NCBI GenBank assembly: GCA_951406725.2
Contig: OX597819.1
Span: 118,234,001-118,298,000 of the forward strand
Direction: 5' to 3'
Source: Octopus vulgaris
Lineage: Eukaryota
DNA length: 64,000 nucleotides
Under the pieces are notes generated by a model that saw nothing but the letters and a program-made list of their open reading frames with translations, was not told the DNA's origin and searched no databases. Both the position numbers and the translations under genes were made by a program. Of the stretch, positions 53,665-64,000 are shown piece by piece (the first letter of the stretch is position 1; every line of letters starts with the position of its first letter).

Positions 53665-53999
53665 TCTTCTCTATATATAAAAGGCAGGTTGTCTGTCTGT
53701 GTGTCTGTGTGTCTGTCAGGTTGTACCCTCACCCTGACCACGGCTTTCAACCGATTCTGATGAAACTTGACACACACATAGCCCAATGTCATAATTCAAA
53801 ACTAACGCAGCGAAAAGTTTGGAAAGTTCCCCCAGTTCTGAAAAGAATTTATAAATTCCGCCACTTCAAGCAGTCAACGAGAGAAAACATGACCAGACAA
53901 CATAACCTTAGCATACTTCTGCTAATCGCAGCTGCAGCGGCAAGTCGTTACCTACTAGGGGTTCTTACATACCCGGGCAACGCTGGGCTATGCTGCTAG
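53665..53999 (+). mobile_element. Non-autonomous Helitron
   Basis: Inserted A|TC...CTAG|T without TSD; 5' tcttctctatatataaaagg plus (GTCT)-type microsatellite; subterminal hairpin cccgggcaacgctggg (53972-53987) 8 nt before CTAG. Confidence 0.85.
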
Positions 54000-55759
54000 T
54001 ATACATATATATATAGAAATGATTGAATAATACTAGAGTGTACATTTATAAATTCCATTCAGCCGATTCATCAGATAGAAATCTTACGCCCGTTTCAATT
54101 ATTCTAACTGATTTCCCCATGTGTTAGTTTCCTTCTATGTGTACTCACTGAAGAAACCTCCAAGCTCAACGATTATTCAATCGCTGTCCAATTTGTTGAA
54201 CAGTTTGTTCATCCCGGTACATCACTAACACGATGAGAATGACTTGGAAGATTCTGAGACCAAGACCGTAAAGGATTTGTATCTGTACGCTCATCTATTA
54301 TCATTGATTCCTTTCTTCCCTCTCTCTCAAATATATATATTTGTTTATGTATTCATTGGCTTATTTCATTCGTTTACTCGTACCGCTTAAACACATGTTT
54401 TTTTTAGTATTTAATGAATAGATATAATGGGATGTTTACTGGCTGATGTTTATCAATTTTATATCCTCTCAATTTTCTTATTTGCCTTGTGAATCCTTGG
54501 CAAATCTGCAATTTACCCACACCCATACCTAGTATTTAATTGCAATACTGCCATGTAATAGTAAGCACTTGGTTAAAAACACGTAAGTCCACATCCAGTA
54601 GTATATTGGATATTTAATACCCCTTAGATGGTTTCTTAGCCTCTTATTCATACAGACATATATATATGTGTGTGTGTGTGTGGGCGTTGAAACGCTTTGT
54701 GAGCAAAATTTTTGAAATTTTAACCCTTAAGTGGTTGGCAAGTGCTAGACGACGGTTTGTGGGAATGAGGTTAACAGCTAGAGCCTTTTTATCTTAAGAG
54801 TAAATTTTATTTTCCTTTTAAATCAGAACAAATCCTATAAACAATATTTAATTTCCTAAATTTGATACTTTTTGTTGCACTCTTGCAATCAAGAACTGAT
54901 TCTAGCATGCCATATACTTTTGCTATCCAGAGCATCATCATTATCATGTACTATACCTCGTCTGTGGGTGAAGGAAAGGGTCGCTTAAGAGTGGACGCAA
55001 TTCACGTAGACTCTCATGCATCACTTGATGATGTCCGCATTTCTCTTACGACACATCGATCGATGGAGTCCACCGACGAAGTGTACAGTAAATATATTTA
55101 TGAATGATTCTAACAAAACATGTATTTTATCCATTAAAATGTTTGAAGAAAAAAAATTATAGCATTTATATAATAAAAGAACATTATCATTTTCTTAAAA
55201 TTTCTATCTACAGAAAATTTACAAATCATTATGATTGACGGAGATAATGAGTCTGATTACACTGCCTCCCAAACAAATACAAAAGCCGGGACATGAACAA
55301 CACATCAAAGATAGATAATTAGAAGAGGTAAGCAAGTAACTTGAACGAGACAGGTAGTACAAAATAACTTTATGAACAAATACTTCAATTTTAAATGATA
55401 CTCTGGAGTTCAGATTTTAATAGATAAAAACTGCTGTAACTTGAGCAGGTTGTTTTTAAGTAAAAATGGGGCAATTCCCTATGTAAATCATTGCTGTGTA
55501 TTAAATGTGCAGGAACAAACATAGCGTTTATTGATGTTAAAAAATGGGAGGGTTGAAGTAGTTAGGAATGTCGACCGCATAAATTTTCCAAAACAAATTG
55601 TAACATTCAAGGTAGGATATATGCTTAACATTTGTGGACGTTTTAGTGACCTACTTCTTGCCAGAAAACAACTATTCGAATTGTTCTTAATGTAACTTGG
55701 TTAATAACATTTTGAGTTTACAGATTCCTACACCTTTTCATGTTTACTAATGCACACAC

Positions 55760-55761
<2 letters not shown>

Positions 55762-55806
<45 letters not shown>

Positions 55807-56072
55807 CATACATATATATGTATACATATACATAGATATATATGTATACATATACATACATATATATGTATACATATACATACATGTATACATATACATA
55901 TATACATACATATATACATATACATATATACATACATATATACATACATATATACATATACATATATATATATATATATATATATGTATATTAGTATATA
56001 CGTATAAGAGTGTGTATGCATATATACATACATATCTATATCTATATATATATAGATATATACATATATATC
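55762..56072. repeat. Long compound (TA)/(TACA) microsatellite
   Basis: Direct reading; accounts for the ORFs at 55718-56096. Confidence 0.95.
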
Positions 56073-56555
56073 TATGTCCTCGCGTTGTGTTTTCATGTTT
56101 GGATTAACTATATATATATATATATATATAACATATATGATTGATTTGATCTAGTTCCAGCTCATGAGGTGTGGCCATGCTGGGGTATCGCCATAAGGTG
56201 GTGCTATATAATTTTACTACAGGAATGCTTTTTACATAGCCATATATATATTCATATATACTCATATCCATATGCATAGGTACCCGATGTACAAAGATAT
56301 AGGCTTCGTAACACGTCTGCAGATATTTCTAGAAGTAGAATTTTCTTTCATTTAACTCACCTTCGATAATGAAAGAGCGGGGTGTTCTTGAAAGAATTGT
56401 CTTTATAATACTCTGACAGTCTCATCCAGTCTGCACCAAACAAATATTAGCTTACCTGGATTTATCATGTGCGGCATAATTTGAATGAGTTTTGTTCAGC
56501 TTAGAAAATTTAAAATGAATGAATGAATGCTTTTATATATATATATATATATATA

Positions 56556-56980
56556 GGCGCAGGAGTGGTTGTGTGGTAAGTAGCTTGTTTACCAACCACA
56601 TGGTTCCGGGTTCAGTCTCACTGCGTGACACCTTGGGCAAGTGTCTTCTACTATAGCCTCGGGCCGACCAAAGCCTTGTTAGTGGATTTGGTAGACGGAA
56701 ACTGAAAGAATCCCGTCGTATATATGTATATATGTATATATATATATATGTGTGTGTGTGTTCGTGTGTCTGTGTTTGTCCCCCTAGCATTGCTTGACAA
56801 CCGATGCTGGTGTGTTTATGTCCCCGTTACTTAGCGGTTCGGCAAAAGAAACCGATAGAATAAGTACTGGGCTTACAAAAGAATAAGTCCTGGGGTCGAG
56901 TTGTTCGATTAAAGGCGGTGCTCCAGCATGGCCGCAGTCAAATGACTGAAACAAGTAAAAGAGTAAAAAAGTAAAGAGAA
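56556..56980 (+). mobile_element. Full-length CORE-like tRNA SINE with internal TA/TG microsatellite
   Basis: A box gtggttgtgtggt, B box gggttcagtct, CORE-like caccttgggcaagtgtcttct; tail gtaaaagagtaaa; follows (TA)n. Confidence 0.9.
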
Positions 56981-57546
56981 TATCTAATATCAGCCAATCT
57001 GCATGTGGGATCCGTATGATTCTTTATCTTTCTAAACTCTACATTTTAAAGCCTCATCGTATTATGTTGTTTGGTCTTTCATTATTCGCAAAAAGGATGG
57101 ATAATATGAATCTGAGATGTTCGTAATACTTATTAGTGTGAAGCTCAACTCACTAGGTTTTTGTTTACTTCTTGAAAAGGGTATCCAATTAAGATTATAA
57201 TACAGCTAATTTACGCTTTATTCCGTGTTGATTCAACTCTCTCTTTAACCAACATAAATACAATCCTGTATATATATATATATGAATGTGAGAGTCAGTT
57301 TGTGCAGTTTATATACAGAAGAAACATTTTACAAATATATAGAAGAAATTTTGTGGTGTCAAAACCAAATGTCTAACTCAGTTTATTATGAAATTTATTA
57401 GAACACAAAGCGTGCCAAATTCTCATTGAAAAATATTGGCAAATAAATTCATGAATAGCAGTTTTGTTTAAAGGTCAAATTTATGACGAGAGGGTATAAT
57501 AGTACATTTTTACACACTTTCTGTAAAATTTAAGTTTTGTATAAAA

Positions 57547-57604
<58 letters not shown>

Positions 57605-57606
<2 letters not shown>

Positions 57607-58000
57607 CGCAGTAGTGGCTGTGTGGTAAGTAGCTTGCTAACCAACCACATGGTTGCGGGCACCTGCGTGGCACCTTGAGCAAGTGTCTTCTGCTATAGCC
57701 CCGGGCCGACCAATGCCTTGTGAGTGGATTTGGTAGACGGAAACTGAAAGAAGCCCGTCGTATATATGTATATATATAATATATATACACGTGTGAGTGT
57801 GTTTGTCCCCCTAGCATTGCTTGACAACCGATGCTGGTGTGTTTATGTCCCCGTTACTTAGCGGTTCGGCAAAAAAGACCGATAAAATAAGTACTGGGCT
57901 TACAAAAGAATAAGTCCCGGGGTCGAGTTGCTCGATTAAAGGCGGTGCTCCAGCATGGCCGCAGTCAAATGACTGAAACAAGTAAAAGAGTAAAGTGTAA
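57605..58000 (+). mobile_element. Full-length CORE-like SINE, B box deleted
   Basis: Near-identical to 56556-56980 except ccgggttcagtctcac is reduced to gcgggcac; follows (TA)n. Confidence 0.9.
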
Positions 58001-58810
58001 TATATATATACTCCACATGGAATATTTCACAGCTTTTCTTCTCAGTGATACGTAACCACCTGTATTTTTATTGGCTGTGTAAACATTTATTCCCTTGGTA
58101 TTGTCTGTGTTTCCTCTAAACATATCCGTAAAAAATGAGGCACTTATTGTTTGAGGCGCCCGAGTATCCGTGAGATTAATTTCTGCTCAGATATCGAGGT
58201 TTCTGTTCTGTCAATTACTGCAGAAATCAAGCGTTTTTTTTCAAATTAGATTGTTCTATAATATCCATATTCTGATTTAAACATACATGGGAATCCAACT
58301 GAAAAATGTAATTCTGATTGCTTCTGATAGGACCGTATGGAGTGGGGGTCCTAACAAATATACTCTGATGACAAGCCCAGGAATTGTGGGTGGGGAATAG
58401 GGACGGTTGGTTGGATGTGTGTGTATGTGCGTGTATGTTGCAACTCTCTATGAATCTAATTTCTCGGTACCCACATAACGCCGTAATGAAGTTCAAGTAA
58501 GAAAGGAGAATATATTTGCAACGCGCCCGACAGCAAATAACTGATGAAAGCGTTTCGAATAAAACATACACACAATATACATGCCATATGTTCTCATATA
58601 TGAAATAAAACAAGTTAAAAGGGTTCGATTAACAGATACAAGTCAAACAATTAGTAGCTTTATGCGATAAAATCTAACAATAAAAAAGTGTGTGAGGAAA
58701 AAGGAACCGAAAGTTTTCTGGCGAAAGTAACGGGAATAATTTCATCGCACAATGGATATTCTACCTGATCGTACTATAATAAGGAACCTCTTTTATGGTT
58801 TTTTTAGACT

Positions 58811-58841
<31 letters not shown>

Positions 58842-61001
58842 GTGTATATACTTATATGCTAATGGTCTGTTTTTGGAGCAAAACAAAACCAGTTGCACGT
58901 TCAGAGTTTAACGTGACAGTTTTGGATTATTTTCCGACTCCCAATATGATGTGTAAAAACCTTGCTGAAAGAGAAAATAGCTTTAATCAACAATACTAAC
59001 ATTGAATTTGGGAAGTGAACTGCAAAATATATGTCTGTCAAAACAACATAATACATTGCATCTTATTCATTTCATCTGTCTAAAATCGATAAATCTATCG
59101 TTGATACAATCACACGATCAATCAATACTTTTTTTCAGGTCTGCTAATTGTTATGCAAAGTAGAATGGAAGAACCAATGTGTTGCTATAAAATTCCGTTC
59201 TTATTCCCGTTAGGTTTCAATTTACTCTCTATACCCAACAAAGTATGAAAATAAGCTCATTTAATTATTAAAGAATCGTTCCGAAAATTATATATCTGCA
59301 AATGTGTGGCTACGTACCTAAGCTATCTATCATGTGTTTAGAGGCTTATTTCATGACTAAAAGGACTCAAATTTATAGGGGATGGGAATGATTGAATGTA
59401 CAGAAAGTGGTATTTAAAGGTTACTTATGTTATGGATCTTTAAAAAAATGCATGAGTAACTTTAGAAGAGGTGGAACTCGACCCATAGAACGTTGTCGTT
59501 GAAAGCAAAACTAATTGCACAATTCTTCTTTAAATGATGTTATATTAAGTATTATGAGCTCATAGAAATTTCACCTTTCGTCAATGTTTTTCATATTTGG
59601 ATGAATAAGTTTAAGGATCTCCAGTTCTAAATATTGCGATTTGAATCTTCAGTTTCCTTTCACAGTTATTGTTGTTTGTCTAGTACTCCTCGTATCGTTT
59701 TTAAGGCCTAATGTTAAAGATTCGATTCACTAGAAAAATTCTGTTCTATATTTTAGGTTTTCGAAGATATTACACTGGAATATATGTCGTAACAGCAAAG
59801 TAATATTTTAGATGTTATGCTAATGTTCATGATACAATATTATTAATACACAGATATGACGCTTGGTAATGCGTCAAGTAGAATCATTTGTAATAAAGGT
59901 TTTTATGATAGTAGTTCAAATATTCTCGAGATTTACTTTTATCTTCCTGCTAGGATTGATTAGATAATAACCAATCATGTACTGAATATCAAAACCTTTC
60001 TAATTTGAAGTCGCATATCAAATGCAGGAGTCTACTGAACAACATGCTTTTTATGATGTATTTCGCAATACACAAGGGGGGTGTTTTTAATATTCGTTCG
60101 GTTTATATAATGGACTGTCCCTGCTTAAAATTCTGTTGCCTTGTGTCTGGAATAGACATTTAAAAATATTATATTACGACAATGAAATGCCAGTAGAAAT
60201 TATTATAATATACCAAATTTCTTACATTATTATGTCCCAGTAGTATTATTAATCATTAATGTCATTAGTATTATCAATCATTAATAGAATCAGAAATATG
60301 AAATTGTCTTTCAACTGAGAATAATTATTTGTTACCTCAAGGATTTGCAGGTATGAAATTTTACATGTAACGGTATCGATTCACAGCAGAAGTTGAATTC
60401 ATCATTCCCTACCCATTTTAATGATTTTAAATCACATGCATGAACTTGAGACATGCCTGCTTCTTCCCTTTCCATGTTTAAAACATGTGTGATTATTCCA
60501 AAACAAACCACTCCAAAACGAACCAATCGTGAAAACTAAGGAAAATAGAATTTTAACTGAATGCATTTGTGTGAATCCAGATAGAGAATAAATTAATTTC
60601 GCTTTACATGCACAATAACTAGAAAAAGGAACGGCTTCTCCATTAACAAAAAAATATGCATTGTTTCCAAGCGAAGAAACACTATACACCCACTCATGCA
60701 CGGAAACGCACGCATATGTTCAAAACTATTTACGGAAGTAGCAGCATGAAAATTAAAGTGAAAACAAGGTGTATTCATTAGGGTTACACTCCATGAACTA
60801 GAAGATATTCAAACTTAAGAAGCTACTCTTAAGACAGTCAAATATTTAGAATAGATTAGTTAAGAGGAAGGAAACACAAAAATGGTGTATTGAATACGCA
60901 TTGTTCTACAACATATCTACTTAAAACATCAGGGGTTCGAATGCACAAAAGCCATGTTTATTGTGAAATATGAAATATATTTGAAAGTAAGATTGTTTAC
61001 T

Positions 61002-61495
61002 CATCATCATCTCATCATCATCATCGTTTAACATCCGCTTTCCATGCCCGCATGGGTTAGACGATTTGACTGAGGGCTGGCGAAACAGATGACTGCACAA
61101 GGCTCCCATATGATCTGGCAGAGGTTCTACAGCTGGATGCCCTTTCTAACGCCAACCACTCCGACAGTGTAGTGGGTGCTTTTGCGGGCCACCGGCACGA
61201 GGGACAGCCAGGCGGTATTAGCAATGGCCACGCTCAAATGGTACGTGCCATCTGTACAGGAGCCAGTTCAGCAGCACTGGCAATGAACTCGCCCGAATGT
61301 TTTTCAACGTGCCACCGGCACAAGTGCCAGTAAGGCGACGCTAGTAAAGGTCACGGTCGAATGGTGCTCTTAGTGCACCACTACCACGGATGCCAGACAT
61401 CAAATTTGATTTCGATTTCGATTTCATTTGCCTCAACAGGTGTTTTCAAGCAGAGTTTGGTATCCAATAAAGGAAAGGTACGCATAAGTGGACTT
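61002..61495 (-). mobile_element. RTE-tailed SINE-like repeat with internal ~60-65 bp degenerate tandem units
   Basis: 61002-61240 is the reverse complement of 431-659; 61175-61395 has about 4 units ggtg..gccaccggcac..gccag..gcaat..cacg..cgaat. Confidence 0.8.
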
Positions 61496-61969
61496 AGTGT
61501 TGCAGTATATATAATAAAACCAGTTAACATGAATAATATCTGTGGGTGAGTGAATTCTCAAGTAGTGCTTGTATGAGTGCCTCTTCATGCAAGTTCGCAT
61601 TTGGTAATTTTATTCATTCTGTGTCTTTGTAAGTAACACGTTATATTTCGTTAACAGTTGTCCAGATACATATTGTACATAACGCATTTGTGCTTATATC
61701 CAACAATGGATGTGACAGATAATAATAATAAAAGTCAGGGAAAAGGGTTCAGTGCAAACCAGGTCTCTCATTAGTTACGATGCAAGAATTAATATGCGAA
61801 ATGAAATGTGTGGAATGTAAGACTGGGCAGATCTTGAAACGGAGGATATGAATTTTGGTACCAAGATGTGGCACATTGCGGGCAAGGAAAAATATACGAA
61901 AATTCTTGAAATCGCTTTGAAAACTAAGCACAGATGTATTTACTTAATATACATACATGTGTATGTATG

Positions 61970-62000
<31 letters not shown>

Positions 62001-62468
62001 TTGTATATATATATATATATGTTTGTATATATAATAATAATAATAACAACGGCAACCCCCAACGATCTAAGGTGTGCAAGCACGCACGTGTATGTCAGAA
62101 TGTCGCGTGGGGGTGAGTGTGAGCATGTGAGTGTGTGTATATATGCGTATGGACTTGTGTTTATACGTGATAATGTGTATGTACGTGTGTACATGTACGA
62201 GGCTAACGCGTGTGTGCTTGTTCTGGTGGTGCGTGAACGTGTATGACCAAATAGCGTGCATGTATATAGTGTATGTTTGTGGGTAAATGTTTTCTGTGTG
62301 TATGAGAGTTGCGTGTGTGTGTATATATATTGTCTGTGCTCAGGTATTATGTGCCTGTGTGGGTGTGGAAGCGTGCAGGATGCTTTGTGATGTGTGTACT
62401 GAGTTAAATCTTGTGTGACGCTGCTTGTATAGTGGTATATGTAGTGACGCTTGTATAGTGGTATACAC

Positions 62469-62703
62469 GGCGGCGAGCTGGCAGAAACGTCAACACGCCG
62501 GGGGAACTGCTTTGCGGTATTTCGTCTGCCGCTACGTTCTGAGTTCAAATTCCGCCGAGATCGACTTTGCTTTTCATCCTTTCGGGGTCGATTAAATAAG
62601 TACCAGTTATGCACTGGGGTCGATATAATTGACCTAATCCGTTTGTCTGTCCTTGTTTGTCCTTTCTGTGTTTAGCCCCTTGTGGCTAGTAAGGAAATAT
62701 GTA
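62469..62703 (+). mobile_element. Full-length Meta/MESC-like SINE
   Basis: Collinear with 50213-50448. Confidence 0.92.
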
Positions 62704-63477
62704 TATGTGGTGACGCTATTGAAAATTGCGCGTGGGTTTTTTAATAATTGTGTGGTGAGGGTGCTGAGACGTGTTTGGTGCTAGTGTGTTTGGAGTGGGA
62801 AGATGTTTGTGGGTATGTGTGACTTACTAAAATTAATATCATATTAATCTAAATGTTCAGCCTGTTTCACTAGATTAAACTCATTCCCGTTTGAATGTTG
62901 TGAATCATTGTTATGTCCCAAAACTCCCAACTTTGCTAGAAGTAACTTTATTTAGTGACAACACTTTCAAATAAATGCAAAAGGAGTGTTTGGCAAATGA
63001 GTATTTGTTATAAATTGCATTCTTGTTGACGTATCCTTTAAGAAAACAAGGTCACATATCTTACACTTGCAGTTTCATATCTTCCTACGCAGTTATTCAA
63101 TCAAACTTTATACAGATGTACAAAATAAATAAATAAATAAAACTGCTGTGTTTGGAAAATGCTAAATGCTAGAAAGACAGATTGCAAGGCGTAAACATAA
63201 TGGGAAAACGAAAGCTTTTAGGTTCATATTACAATTTCCTTGGTCGTCATATCTCTATAATGAAGAAGCAATAATTCAGAAACAGTGTAGTTATCAAAGT
63301 AATTTTCCTGATATGTTAAGTGCATGATCTTTTGCTTTTCGTCCAGCCCTGAGTATAAATAGAGCCCCGATGGCGAGAATTTATTTTTAAATATTTTCTT
63401 TATTATTTTCATTAATATGATCTTTCATTCAACACTTTCAGATTGATTTTATAATGAAACTATAAGAAGAAGAATTT

Positions 63478-63557
63478 TGTTTAATGTCACATCTAATATA
63501 TTACGAATGACACTCATTGTTTAATGTCTCATCTAATATATTGCGAATGGCACTCAT
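63478..63557. repeat. 40-bp tandem duplication immediately 5' of a SINE
   Basis: tgtttaatgtc.catctaatatatt.cgaatg.cactcat x2. Confidence 0.95.
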
Positions 63558-63560
63558 TAA

Positions 63561-64000
63561 GGCGGTGAGCTGGCAGAAACGTTAGAGCGCCGGACGAAAT
63601 GCATAGCGGTATTTCGTCTGTCGTTACGTTCTGAGTTCAAATTCCGCTGAGGTTGACTTTGCCTTTCATCCATTCGGGGTCGATAAATAAAGTGCCAGTT
63701 TCGCACTGGGGTCGATGTAATCGACTTAATCTCTTTGTCTGTCCTTGTTTGTCCCCTCTATGTTTAGCCCCTCGTGGATAATAAAGAAATAGGTATTTCG
63801 TCTGCCGCTACGTTCTGAGTTCAAATTCCGCTGAGGTCGACTTTGCCTTTCATCATTTCGGGGTCGATAAATAAAGTACCAGTCTCACACTGGGGTCGAT
63901 GTAATCGACTTAATCCCCGTGTCTGTCCTTGTTTGTCCCCTCTATGTTTAGCCCCTCGTGGATAATAAAGAAGTAGGTATTTCGTCTGCCGTTACGGTCT
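63561..64000 (+). mobile_element. Meta/MESC-like SINE extended into a 184-bp tandem array (runs off the window)
   Basis: ggtatttcgtctg recurs at 63608, 63792 and 63976 (period 184). Confidence 0.92.

Noticed and set aside
54862-55107. 81-aa ORF with protein-like composition
   Set aside because: No recognised domain, no clear splice sites
61940-62614. 224-aa ORF, the longest in the window
   Set aside because: Antisense SINE plus degenerate (CA)n giving His/Thr/Tyr-rich text

Overview
AT-rich, microsatellite-dense eukaryotic non-coding DNA. The SINE families present suggest an octopod cephalopod (inference from recalled repeat families, not a database search). I cannot support any host protein-coding exon, and most listed ORFs are artefacts of microsatellites or SINEs. 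The window is a graveyard of mobile elements: at least four SINE-like families (Meta/MESC-domain-like, CORE-like, tRNA-Arg-like with two alternative tails, RTE-tailed), decayed RTE, R4/Dong-like and Penelope-like (PLE) retroelement remnants, two Tc1/mariner remnants, a non-autonomous Helitron and a Helentron-type HINE. The most notable pattern is about a dozen hammerhead-ribozyme-like motifs (CTGANGA...GAAAC..GTH, mostly decayed) from several unrelated short repeat families. Most lie beside (TA)n or (AAT)n tracts and several lie within long fold-back inverted repeats. This fits PLE pseudo-LTRs or retrozyme-like non-coding elements.
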